Below are positions 12,381-24,899 of a stretch of DNA of 64,000 bases, in pieces. The position numbers were made by a program, and so were the translations under genes. The stretch spans positions 62,001-126,000 of the forward strand of contig JAXLNO010002078.1 in assembly GCA_038087875.1 (NCBI GenBank), given 5' to 3'. Every line of letters begins with the position of its first letter. Positions within the stretch are counted from its first letter, which is position 1. A model generated the notes under the pieces. That model had not been told where the DNA came from and did no database searches. It saw only the letters and a list, made by a program, of their open reading frames with translations. This DNA comes from Malacoraja senta. Taxonomy: Eukaryota.

Positions 12381-13299
12381 CACACACAGCAAACAAGTGG
12401 AACACATATGATTTAACCATCTTTCAAACCTGAGACTCCAGACCTGAGATCCCCCATGACTCAACTGAACCTTAAGTGCCCATTGCACCAAGGTGCGTTG
12501 TCCTCGCTTCCGCATGGAGATATCCAATCTTAACTCCTTATATCACCGCTTCCCAAAGCGACGGTCACTCAGTGTCGATAAGATAACATGAAGTAAAATA
12601 AGTATAGTAATAGTAATAATGACGATGATGATAAAAATTTGAAAAATAGAGAGTAGGAATAAAGTAAGATAAACATACATTGATAAATGCAAAGTTAAAA
12701 TAATAACCATAATGGTTGCACTGCCAGTACCATTGCTAACACTAATAGTAATAATAGCAATGATGATAGTCACAATAAGACAAAGCATATTAACAAAATG
12801 GTGATAGTAAATAAACCGGCTAACGTGTAAGTGGATCCGGAATAACTTCCTTTGGTGTTACATAGTATGTCTTAAAATCGATAAAGTATAAAGAGAGAGT
12901 TGGCGTTGGAAAGGTTAGCAAATTACAAACTGGGCTGTTGGATTAAAGCACAGCGCTAAAGGCATCAATTATGTTTTGTTAAACAAAAAAGGTATAAGAT
13001 AAGATTTATATAACACCGCCCTGGCTGTAATGAGCTCTTATCAGCCCCAGACAGTTCGTTATGAAGATTAGTATAAGCAAACTAGCCAGGTGTTGACAGC
13101 GTTAGCGGGCAGCTGTGAAGAACAGGAAGGCAGAGACCAAATCACAAACCACAAAGTGGGTCCTTTGAGCCCAGTTTTATAGCATATGCTGGTGAGGGAC
13201 CCCTCAAGTATGATTACACATAGACAATATAAGAAAAAGTTAGTATAAAATATTCGCAAATCCTGGTGATTTCTTACCAGCCACATACATTTTGAAACC

Positions 13300-14052
13300 G
13301 GGGTCTAGTATAATCAGCAATGCTGAACGCTAACCATAGCTAGTTATTGGGAACAGTCAAGCTAAAGTTAGTCCATGTAACCATAGATTAACCGGGCCCC
13401 TGTGCCACTCGAATATAGACGTACTGAACGAAGTCAGTCATCTGTGGGTCCCGGTCTGCGTCGATGGTAAGATGAGATGAAATCCTGAGCGTCCTCAGGA
13501 GATGTTAGTCATCGCCTCTTTCCCTCCCCGGACACTATGGACGCAGATCACAACTGCTCTGGGTTTTTCACCAGGGCTTGGCTTGGCTGTTAGCGTACGG
13601 TGGGCTCGGTCTAGCTCCGGGGCTGATTCCAGTATGTGTTTGCCAAGAGTCTCGAGCAGAAGTTGAGAGAAAAACGCTGTTGTTTGGGAGCCCTCGATAT
13701 TCTCGGGAAGACCCACTATCCTTATGTTGTTTCGGCGACTCCTGACTTCCAGGCCGATAAGCTTAGCCTTTAGCTTGGCGTTCTCTTCGGTCACCGTAGT
13801 TAACATTAACGTTATAGCTCGTGATAGCGGCAAGAGACTCTAATGACGAGAGACGGTGTTGGTGGTCTAACATAGTGGTCTGGATATTGTCCAGCTTCGT
13901 TTCCAATTTGGTAACGCAGTGTTGAATTCTGCCAGTAACGATACCTTATGTTCTGTTATCATGGCTGCTAGCGTGGCCGTCGGGTCTTCTGTCTTTTGCT
14001 CCGCTTTCTTTCCTTTGTTTGGCATCTTTACAATGTAGAGAGGTACTGACAA
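13300..14052 (-). pseudogene. L1 ORF1 of the inner L1, frameshifted
   Basis: LEVRSRRNNIRIVGLPENIEG..LDRAHR. Confidence 0.85.
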
Positions 14053-14259
14053 TGATGTTTAAATGTTTGTGGGTGGTTAAAAAACTTAGACTGAGCTGTA
14101 ATAAAAGTTGGAGGTGAAAAGGTCGGGAGCGTGGAAAAGTGCGACTACTCCAACATGTCGCCCCCACCGGAAGTCTCTTTCACCTTTTTTACTTTATACC
14201 ATATTATAATTTTAATTTTGAACGGAATTATAAGCTTACAGACACTGTATATGTATGCT

Positions 14260-14911
14260 TTTACTCAACAGAAACTGCCAGAAACTTTAAACGAATCTAC
14301 AATAACACTTATACCAAAAACAGATAAGGACCTTGAAGGCATAGGTTCATATAGAGCAATAGCTCTCTTAAATACTGATCAGAAAATATTAACTAAAATT
14401 CTAGCACATAGATTAAGTTTAGTGATTAATAAATTAGTACACCCCGACCAAACAGGTTTTATTCCAAAACGATACTCATCTTATAATTTGAGACGATTAT
14501 TCAATATTATATATTCAAATAGAATTGCTAATGTAGACCTAGTAATCATTTCGTTAGATGCTGAAAAAGCATTTGATCAGGTGGAATGGCCCTATCTATT
14601 TTCGGTGATGGAAAATTTTCAACTGGGCGAGAAGTACTGCACACTCTTATATACTAACCCAACAGCTAGAAAATTAACAAACCAAATGGTATCAACTAAA
14701 TTTAACTTATCTAGAGGTTGTAGACAAGGATGCCCGCTATCTCCGTTATTATTCGCTCTCGCTATTGAACCATTAGCAGAAAGTGTTAGAGCCCATCCAG
14801 AAATATACGGGTATAATACCAAAGACACAGTGAATAAAATGTCTTTATATGCAGATGATGTATTAATATACATTAGAAACCCAGAAACTAGCATTCCAAA
14901 CCTATCCAAAC
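14260..14911 (+). pseudogene. Outer L1 ORF2 RT fragment (endonuclease region apparently deleted)
   Basis: SYRAIALLNTDQKIL, SLDAEKAFDQVEW, GCRQGCPLSPLLF, LYADD. Confidence 0.88.
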
Positions 14912-14938
14912 AGGGCAGTTTACTGTTCTGGATGTCAG

Positions 14939-15825
14939 ATGTGGGAAGTCATGGAGTCTGATAGCCCTCCAGACGTCCACATCTGCGCCAGGTGTATCGA
15001 GATGGGGCTCCTAATGGACCGTATTAGGAACCTGGAGCAGCAGCTCGATGACCTCCGTCTGGTCAGGGAGAGCGAGGAAGTCATTGAGAGGAGTTACAGG
15101 GATGTGGTCACTCCAACACCACAGGAGGCAGGCAAGTGGATCACGGTTGGGAGAGGCAAGGGGCACAGGCAGGGACTAGAGCTGTACACCTTGACAATAA
15201 GTACTCCTGTTTGAGCACTGTTGGGGTGGACAGCCTACGTGGGGGTAGCGACAGCGGCCGGGCCTCCGGTATAGAGACCGGTCCTGTTGCTCAGAAGGGT
15301 AAGGAAAAGAAGAGGAGGGCAATATTAATAGGGGACTCTATAGTTAGGGGGTCAGACAGGCGATTCTGTGGACGCAGTCGGGAGACCCGGATGGTAGTTT
15401 GCCTCCCTGGTGCCAGGGTCTGTGATGTGTCTCAACGTGTCCAAGACATCCTGAAAGGGCAGGGAGAGGAGCCCGAGGTCGTGATACATATAGGTACCAA
15501 TGACATAGGTAAAAAAAGAGAAGAGGTCCTGAAAGGAGAATTTAGGGAGTTAGGAGGGGAGTTAAAGAGAAGGACAGCAAAGGTAACAATCTCGGGATTA
15601 CTGCCTGTGCCACGCGACAGTGAGAGTAGGAATGGAGCGAGGTGGAGGATAAATGCGTGGCTGAAGGACTGGTGCAGAAGGCAGGGATTCAAATTTCTGG
15701 ATCATTGGGACCTCTTTTGTGGAAGGTTCGACCTGTACAAAAAGGATGGGTTGCACTTGAACCTGAGGGGGACTGATATCCTGGCAGGGAGATCTGCAAA
15801 GGCTACTGGGGAGACTTTAAACTAG
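14939..15825 (+). pseudogene. CR1 ORF1: zinc finger, leucine zipper and SGNH esterase
   Basis: CSGCQMW..HICARC; LIGDSIVR, VVIHIGTND, DGLHLN; one frameshift near 15180. Confidence 0.88.
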
Positions 15826-16129
15826 AATGGTTGGGGGGGAGGGACTCAAATAGAGAATGCTATTAGACAGTGTGTGAGGCAGGAGGCAGAGAAGGAAAGC
15901 ACTCAGACCCAACATGTAGGGGGGGAAGAAGAAAACAATAATAAACAGAGAATAAGAGGTGGTGGGGTTCTTAAATGGGTGAGCAGAGAAACAGAGGGGT
16001 GTAAAATGCGGGCGGAAGCAATAGGTAGCAAGGTGAAAAGTAAAAGTGGCAGGCAGACAAATCCAGGGCAAAAATCAAAAAGAGCCACTTTTCAACATAA
16101 TTGTATAAGGGGTAAGAGCGTTGTAAAAA

Positions 16130-18943
16130 CAAGCCTGAAGGCTTTGTGTCTCAATGCAAGGAGCATTCGTAATAAGGTGGATGAGTTGAACGTGCAGATA
16201 GCAATTAATGATTATGATATAGTTGGGATCACGGAGACATGGCTCCAGGGTGACCAAGGCTGTGAGCTGAACATGCAGGGATATTCAATATTCAGGAGGG
16301 ATAGAGAGAAAGGAAAAGGAGGTGGGGTAGCGTTGCTGGTTAGAGAGGAGATTAACGCAGTGGAAAGGAAGGACATTAGCTTGGAGGATGTGGAATCGGT
16401 ATGGGTAGAGCTGCGAAACACTAAGGGGCAGAAAACGCTGGTGGGTGTTGTGTACAGGCCACCTAGCAGTAGTAGTGAAGTTGGGGATGGCATCAAACAG
16501 GAAATTAGAAATGCGTGCAACAAAGGCAAAACAGTTATAATGGGTGACTTCAATCTACATATAGATTGGGTGAATCAAATTGGCAGGGGTGCTGAGGAAG
16601 AGGATTTCTTGGAATGTATGAGGGATAGTTATCTAAACCAACATGTAGAGGAACCAATGAGAGAGCAGGCTATTCTAGACTGGGTATTGAGTAATGAGGA
16701 AGGGTTAGTTAGCAGACTTGTTGTGCGTGCCCCCTTGGGCAAGAGTGACCATAATATGGTTGAGTTCTTCATTAGGATGGAGAGTGACATTGTTAATTCA
16801 GAAACAACGGTTCTGAACTTAAAGAAAGGTAACTTTGAGGGTATGAGACGTGAATTGGCCAAGATTGACTGGCAATTAGTTCTAAAAGGGTTGACGGTGG
16901 ATATGCAATGGAAGGCATTTAAAGACTGCATGGATGAACTACAAAAATTGTTCATCCCAGTTTGGCAAAAGAATAAATCAGGGAAGGTAGTGCATCCGTG
17001 GATAACAAGGGAAATCAGGGATAGTATCAAAGCAAAAGATGATGCGTACAAATTAGCCAGAAAAAGCAGCATACCAGAGGACTGGGAGAAATTCAGAGAC
17101 CAGCAGAGGAGGACAAAGGGCTTAATTAGGAAAGGGAAAATAGATTATGAAAGGAAACTGGCAGGGAACATAAAAACTGACTGCAAAAGTTTTTATAGAT
17201 ATGTGAAGAGAAAGAGATTAGTTAAAACAAATGTAGGTCCCTTGCAGTCAGAAACAGGTGAATTGATCATGGGGAACAAGGATATGGCGGACCAATTGAA
17301 TTAACTACTTTGGTTCCGTCTTCACTAAGGAAGACATAAATAATCTGCCGGAAATAGCAGGGGGCCGCAGGTCAAAGGAGATGGAGGAACTGAGTGAAAT
17401 CCAGGTTAGTCGGGAAGTGGTGTTGGGTAAATTGAATGGATTAAAGGCCGATAAATCACCAGGGCCAGATAGGCTGCATCCCAGAGTACTTAAGGAAGTA
17501 GCTCCAGAAATAGTGGATGCATTAGTGCTAATTTTTCAAAACTCTTTAGATTCTGGAGTAGTTCCTGAGGATTGGAGGGTAGCAAACGTAACCCCACTTT
17601 TTAAGAAGGGAGGGAGAGAGAAAACGGGGAATTACAGACCAGTTAGTCTAACATCGGTAGTGGGGAAACTGCTAGAGTCAGTTATTAAAGATGGGATAGC
17701 AGCACATTTGGAAAGTGGTGAAATCATTGGACAAAGTCAGCATGGATTTACGAAAGGTAAATCGTGTCTGATGAATCTTATAGAATTTTTCGAGGATGTA
17801 ACTAGTAGAGTGGATAGGGGAGAACCAGTGGATGTGTTGTATCTGGACTTTCAGAAGGCTTTCGACAAGGTACCACATAAGAGATTAGGATACAAACTTA
17901 AATCACACGGTATTGGGGGTTCAGTATTGATGTGGATAGAGAACTGGCTGGCAAACAGGAAGCAAAGAGTAGGAGTAAACGGGTCCTTTTCACAATGGCA
18001 GGCAGTGACTAGTGGGGTACCGCAAGGCTCAGTGCTGGGACCCCAGCTATTTACAATTTATATTAATGATCTGGACGAGGGAATTGAAAGCAACATCTCC
18101 AAGTTTGCGGATGACACTAAGCTGGGGGGCAGTGTTAGCTGTGAGGAGGATGCTAGGAGACTGCAAGGTGACTTGGATAGGCTGGGTGAGTGGGCAAATG
18201 TTTGGCAGATGCAGTATAATGTGGATAAATGTGAGGTTATCTACTTTGGTGGCAAGAACGGGAAGGCAGACTATTATCTAAATGGTGGCCGATTAGGAAA
18301 TGGGGAGATGCAGCGAGACCTGGGTGTCATGGTACACCAGTCATTGAAAGTAGGCATGCAGGTGCAGCAGGCAGTGAAGAAAGCAAATGGTATGTTGGCC
18401 TTCATAGCAAGAGGATTTGAGTATAGGAGCAGGGAGGTTCTACTGCAGTTGTACAGGGTCTTGGTGAGACCACACCTGGAGTATTGCGTACAGTTTTGGT
18501 CTCCAAATCTGAGGAAGGACATTATAGCCATAGAGGGAGTGCAGAGAAGGTTCACCAGACTGATTCCTGGGATGTCAGGACTTTCATATGAAGAAAGACT
18601 GGATAGACTTGGCTTATACTCTCTAGAATTTAGGAGATTGAGAGGGGATCTTATAGAAACGTACAAAATTCTTATGGGGTTGGACAGGCTAGATGCAGGA
18701 AGATTGTTCACGATGTTGGGGAAGTCCAGGACAAGGGGTCACAGCTTAAGGATAAGGGGGAAATCCTTTAAGACCGAGATGAGGAAAAACGTTTTCACAC
18801 AGAGAGTGGTGAATCTCTGGAACTCTCTGCCACAGAGGGTAGTTGAGGCCAGTTCATTGGCTATATTTAAGAGGGAGTTAGATGTGGCCCTTGTGGCTAA
18901 GGGGATCAGGGGGTATGGAGAGAAGGCCGGTACGGGATACTGA
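16130..18943 (+). pseudogene. CR1 ORF2 (APE + RT), one frameshift near 17300
   Basis: LNARSIRNK, ITETW, GGGVA, GDFN, SDHN; KSPGPD, YLDFQKAFDKVPH, GVPQGSVLGP, FADD. Confidence 0.93.
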
Positions 18944-20598
18944 GTTGGATGATCAGCCATGATCATATTGAATGGCGGTGCAGGCTCGAAGGGCCGAATG
19001 GGCTACTCCTGCACCTATTTTCTATGTATCTATGTATCTACTAACTCAATTTTGTTTGTTCTCGGGATATAGAATTAAATGGAATAAAAGCGAAATCATG
19101 CCAATAACGGATCACAATTTACATACATTGCAACAATCCCCCTTTAAAATAGTCCATAAAAAATTTAAATATCTAGGAATTTATCTAACTAAGACATATA
19201 CTTCTTTATTTAAATTAAACTTCCCACCCTTACTGAATAAACTACATAAGAATATTCAGTATTAGAAACATAGAAAATAGGTGCAGGAGTAGGCCATTCG
19301 GCCCTTCGAGCCTGCACCGCCATTCAATATGATCATAGCTGATCATCCAACTCAGTATCCTGTACCTGCTTTCTCTCCATACCCCCTGATCCATTTAGCC
19401 ACAAGGGCCACATCTAACTCCCTCTTAAATATAGCCAATGAACTGGCCTCAACTACATTCTGTGGCAGAGAATTCCAGAGATTCTCCACTCTCTGAGTAA
19501 AAAATGTTTTTCCCATCTCAGTCCTAAAAGACTTCCCCTTTATCCTTAAACTGTGACCCCTTGTTCTGGACTTCCCCAACATCGGGAACAATCTTCCTGC
19601 ATCTAGCCTGTCCAACCCCTTAAGAATTTTGTAAGTTTCTATAAGATCCCCCCTCAATCTTCTAAATTCTAGCGAGTACAAGCCGAGTCTATCCAGTCTT
19701 TCTTCATATGAAAGTCCTGACATCCCAGGAATCAGTCTGGTGAACCTTCTCTGTACTCCCTCTATGGCAGATTGGGAGACCAAAACTGTACGCAATACTC
19801 CAGGTGTGGTCTCACCAAGACCCTGTACAACTGCAGTAGAACCTCCCTGCTCCTATACTCAAATCCTTTTGCTATGAATGCTAACATACCATTCGCCTTC
19901 TTCACTGCCTGCTGCACCTGCATGCCTACTTTCAATGACTGGTGTACCATGACACCCAGGTCTCGTTGCATCTCTCCTTTTCCTAATCGGCCACCATTCA
20001 GGTAATAGTCTACTTTCCTGTTTTTGCCACCAAAGTGGATACCCTCACATTTATCCACATTATACTGCATCTGCCATGCATTTTCCCACTCACCCAGCCT
20101 ATCAAAGTCATCTTGCAGCCTCCTTGCATCCTCCTCACAACTAACACTGCCCCCCAGCTTCGTGTCATCCGCAAACTTGAAGATGTTGCATTCAATTCCC
20201 TCGTCCAAATCATTAATATATATTGTAAATAGCTGGGATCCCAGCACTGAGCCTTGCGGTACCCCACTAGTTACTGCCTGCCATTCTGAAAAGGACCCGT
20301 TAACTCCTACTCTTTGCTCCCTGTCTGAATTTCTCCCAGTCCTCTAGGCTGCTTTTTTCTGGCTAATTTGTATGCTTCATCTTTTGTTTTGATACTATCC
20401 CTGATTTCCCTTGCTATCCACGGATGCACTACCTTCCCTGATTTATTCTTTTGCCAAACTGGGATGAACAATTGTTGCAGTTCATCCATGCAGCCTTTAA
20501 TGCCTTCCATTGCATATCCACCGTCAACCCATTAAGAATCAATTGTCAGTCTATCTTGGCCAATTCACGTCTCATACCCTCAAAGTTACCTTTCTTTA

Positions 20599-20713
20599 AT
20601 CAGTCTGAAGAAGGGACATCAGTCTGAAGAAGGGTTTCGGCCCAAAACTTTGCCTATTTCCTTCGTTGCATAGATGCTGCTGCACCCGCTGAGTTTCTCC
20701 AGCATTTTTGTGT
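20599..20713 (+). mobile_element. Penelope-derived short repeat with hammerhead-like head
   Basis: CTGAAGAAGGGTTTCGGCCC(A)AAAC...; 11-bp TSD ACCTTTCTTTA (20588-20598, 20714-20724). Confidence 0.75.
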
Positions 20714-20838
20714 ACCTTTCTTTAAGTTCAGAACCCTTGTTTCTGAATTAATTATGTCACTCTCCATCCTAATGAAGAACTCAACCATATTATGGTCACT
20801 CTTGCCCAAGAGGCCACGCACAACAAGACTGCTAACTA

Positions 20839-20926
20839 AGAAGGGTTTCGGCCCGAAACGTTGCCTATTTCCTTCGCTCCATAGATGCTGCTGCACCCGC
20901 TGAGTTTCTCCAGCATTTTTGTGTAC
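20839..20926 (+). mobile_element. Penelope-derived short repeat with hammerhead-like head
   Basis: AGAAGGGTTTCGGCCCGAAACGTT; 10-bp TSD CTGCTAACTA (20829-20838, 20927-20936). Confidence 0.78.
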
Positions 20927-21317
20927 CTGCTAACTAACCCTCATTACTCAATACCCAGTCTAGAATAGCCTGTTCTCTCGTTGGTTCATCTACATGTTGG
21001 TTTAGAAAACTATCCCGCATACATTCCAAGAAATCCTCTTCCTCAGCACCCCTGCCGATTTGATTCACGCCATCTATATGTAGATTGAAGTCACCCATTA
21101 TAAATGTTTTACCTTTGTTGCACGCATTTTTAATTTCCTGTTTGATGCCATCCCCAACTCCACTACTACTGTTAGGTGGCCTGTACACAACTCCCACTAG
21201 CGTTTTCTGCCCCTTAGTGTTTTGCAGCTCTACCCATATTGATTCCACATCCTCCAAGCTAATGTCCTTCCTTTCTATTGCGTTAATCTCCTCCCTAACC
21301 AGCAACGCTACCCCACC

Positions 21318-22249
21318 TATTGGAAAACACTCCCTATTTCAATGTTTGGTAGAATTAATGCTATTAAAATGAGTTTTCTACCGCAATTATTGTACCTCTT
21401 TCAATCAATATATCTCCCGCCCCCCCAATTTTTTTTAAAAAGTTGATTCCATTGTCACAAGCTTTATTTGGGATTATAAGAATCATAGAATAAGCAAAAA
21501 ACATTTATGTAAATCAAAGACAAATGGAGGTTTAGCTTTACCAAATTTTTTGTTTTATTTCTGGGCAATCAATATTAAAAATATGAACTTCTGGTTGGAA
21601 GAAATGGATCAGTAACCAGACTGGTTGAAGATGGAAAATGAAGACTGCTTACCTTTGGTTTAATTTTTTTTGCTCCACAAAATTGAACAAAAAAACCTAT
21701 AGTGAAAACCCTATAATATATAGTGGTTTACGAATTTGGAAACAATTAAAAAAGACTTTAAAATTGGATAACTTATCACTATTACTTCCCATTGTAAATA
21801 ATCCTTTATTCAACCCCTCTGTGTTGGATAAAGGTTTTATACAATGGAAAAATCATGGAATTAAAAAGATGGGACATCTCTATAGGAAAGGCACTTTTCT
21901 TTCATTTCAGGAGTTACAACAGATTCATGGACTACACTCAAATAACTTTTTCAGATTATAGAACTAGAGAACCAGAAACTCTTGATGAATGTTTGAATAA
22001 ACATCCTAATACAGAAAAATTAATATCTCATTTATAATACCCTCTTAGACAGTGAGGTCCCGCCAACGGAATTATATAGACAAACATGGGAAAATGAATT
22101 AGGCCAACCTATAACGAAAGATATTTGGGACGAAAGTCTACAACATATACATCAATGCTCGTTAAATGCCAGACACTCTTTAATACAATTTAAAGCATTA
22201 CATAGACTACATTACTCTAAAACAAAATTAAATAGAATCTTCCCACATA
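21318..22249 (+). pseudogene. Outer L1 ORF2 continuation
   Basis: WKTLPISMFGRINAIKM..GGLALPNF; resumes at 24492-24895 (SPICDKC..HTFVNC). Confidence 0.8.
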
Positions 22250-22882
22250 CAGGGCTCGAAATTAGCAGTTGCCCGGGTGCCATTGATCACTCAAAGCACC
22301 GACGGGCAACCTAAACATAGAGTCATTTTGCCCGGCTTGGCAACCAGATACTGGTTTGTACCGAAGATAGACACAAAAAACTGGAGTAACTCCGCGGGTC
22401 AGGCAGCATCTCTGGAGAAAAGGAACGCGACGTTTCGTGTCAGCGGCGGCTGTGCGGGGCAAATATACTAGGTGCGGGGTGAGGAAGGGTCGGAGCGAAT
22501 GACGGGCCCCGAACAGCGGCAGCAGCGGCCGCGACAGCGGCTCCATCTCCTCCTCCTCCTGCCCCCCGCCCGTCCTGATAAGGGCCTCTGCTTGTAAATC
22601 AGAGGCCCTTATCAGGGGGGGCGGGGGCGGGAGGAGGAGGAGGAGTAGATGGAGCCGCTGCTGCTGCCGCTGTGCGGGGCCCGTCATTCGCTCCGACACG
22701 TCTGAAGCAGCTGCACCAAAGATCTTATAGCTATAGGATCTCTGAGCTGCATCGCCCAGCCCCGCACCTTGCTGTTGGCTGGCGGAGGAGGGAGGCGGTG
22801 GCGAGGAGTTCCCAACGGCCAAGGCAGCGGGGTGATGTTGTCCAAGGAGCGCTGACCTTCCTTCCTCCCCACCTCGCCCCCC

Positions 22883-22919
<37 letters not shown>

Positions 22920-24491
22920 TCTCTTGTACGCCCCCTCCACCCCCCCCTATCCTGGGACCCCTCCACTCCATCCTGCACTGATCCCCATTCCCGCCTCTAT
23001 TCAACCCTCACTGACATCCACTGTGCTCCCCTCCCCATCTACCCCCCCCCATCTATTCATCCTGCGCTGATCACCCTATCCACCTCGCATTGATTCTCCT
23101 GCCACCCCCCCCATCCATCCTACATTGGTTCCCCAATTCATCCTGTACTTACCCCTTTGCCGTCCATCCTGTACTTCTCCTCCATCCATCCTGTACTGAT
23201 CCCCATCCATCCTGTACTAATCCACGCATTCATCCCGTACTGACCCACCCTCCATTTACCCTGCACCTTCCCCTCTTCCCCTCATTCATCCTGTAGTGAT
23301 CCCCCATTCATCTTGCACAGACCCTCCGATCCACACTGTACTGACCCCCCCATTCATCCTGCGCTGAAACCCCCCCATCCATCCTGTACTGATCCTCCCA
23401 TTCAAGAAGAATGGGGGGAACAGTCTGAAGAAGGGTCTCGACCCGAAATGTTGCCTATTTCCTTCGCTCCATAGATGCTGCCTCACCCACTGAGTTTCTC
23501 CAGCACTTTTGTCTACCCTCATCCATCCCGTACTGAACCCCCCCATTCAACACCACTGACATCCCTGGTTCTCCCTCACAATTTTACCTACTCCAACCAA
23601 CACGTACTAATTCACCTGCCTCAATCCATCCATTCTGCACCAACTGCCTTCTAACCCCCCCCCCCCCCACCCCAGCCATCTATCCACCCCGCACTGATTC
23701 ACACACACACCCCTCCCTGACCCTATTGTGCTGGAAATGTCTTCAGAGCGAACATTGACTATGTTTGATAACGGAATGCAATCAAATGTGTTTTAATTCC
23801 CAGTGTTATTATTTGTTTTAATCCATAAAGATGGATTAATTAAATTGTGAACACGTGAAACATTAAAACCACAGTGTTCGATTGTCACTGCTGCCGTTGA
23901 CACGTTATTACAGAATTCATTTTAACGGCAAATTAATGCTCTTAATGTTCGGCACGGACTTGAAGGGCCGAGATGGCCTGTTTCCGTGCTGTTATGGTTA
24001 TATGGTTAATATGGAGTATCAGTACTGTAGTTATTTAATGAGCAACATTCACAACTATACGCACGCATTTATGTTACCATGGTCCAGGATTTATTGACTC
24101 AGGTTGGTCATACGATGAATAATCCAACCACATTTTTGTTTGGAAGTGGAAAGAACTAATAGAAATTGCATTAATTGCAATGTGTAAAAAGAGTTGAGAT
24201 AGAAAGAGTTGTGAAAAAGAGCCTTATAATTTTGCTGCGTGTCATTGTGGGATGTATCATGTCTTGATTGGTGAATATGTTTAGTTTGTGACTTTATTTG
24301 AAGCAGAAATAATATGTGAATGCTTCATTGAGTATAATTCCAACTGGTAACTATGCACTTCGTCTGAGCACATTATCGCACGCGTCATGCAAGCCGTCTT
24401 AAATGACCACCTAAACTGTCATTTGGCAACCTATAAAGCTGCCAAGGTTGCCCGGCTGGCAACAGGGGGAAAAAGTTAAGCGAGAGCCCTG
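22250..24491. mobile_element. Non-autonomous hAT-like DNA transposon with 5-bp TSD (hAT5-type), copy 1
   Basis: TIRs CAGGGCTCG...CGAGAGCCCTG; flanks ACATA/ATATA; homologous to 52055-54210. Confidence 0.8.
23421..23517 (+). mobile_element. Penelope-derived hammerhead-like repeat inside the hAT element
   Basis: CTGAAGAAGGGTCTCGACCCGAAATGTT; same position as 52628-52724 in copy 2. Confidence 0.75.
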
Positions 24492-24899
24492 ATATATGTC
24501 TCCTATTTGTGATAAATGTCAGCATTTAAAGGCTAACTTAACTCATACCTTTGTGAACTGTATAAAAATCAAAAATTTCTGGACGGATATTTTTAGAATA
24601 ATTTCTGAAGTTGCCAATACCCAATTGGATCCCGACTCAAAACTAATAATATTAGGAATATCGGAACAAAGCCTAAGACTTACAACAAGCCAAAGAAACT
24701 TTCTTGATTATAGTATAATAACTGGGTAAAATTAATATTAAAATTTTGGAAAGGTCCTTTAACCCCCAAAATTAAAATGTGGATTATGGAAATGTCGGAG
24801 ACCTTACATTTGGAAACAACTAGCCTTGTCTTAATTGACAAACAAGAATTAATTGTTCGAATATGGTCTCCATTTATTGAATTTTTGAAAGGGTAAATT

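Larger units (their letters stand above)
7957..14175 (-). mobile_element. Full-length L1 LINE, antisense inside the outer L1
   Basis: 14-bp TSD TCTTTCACCTTTTT (7943-7956, 14176-14189); 5' end GACTTCCGGTGG; ORF1, EN, RT and CCHC in order. Confidence 0.92.
14912..19039 (+). mobile_element. Near-full-length CR1 LINE (HER1-like)
   Basis: ORF1 zinc finger/leucine zipper + SGNH esterase; EN; RT; 3' stem-loop GGTGCAGGCTCGAAGGGCC..CCTGCACC and (TCTATGTA)n tail. Confidence 0.93.
19264..21317 (-). mobile_element. CR1 of the same family, antisense, with multiple internal deletions
   Basis: Tail and RT 3' end near-identical to 18050-19030; EN fragments at 20300-21317; splits the outer L1 ORF2. Confidence 0.9.

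Noticed and set aside
15432-20347. Many antisense ORFs over CR1/Rex elements
   Set aside because: Shadow frames of RT/EN coding sequence
22262-23070. 238-aa and overlapping GC-rich ORFs
   Set aside because: They run through a palindrome and a (CT)n microsatellite inside a non-autonomous transposon
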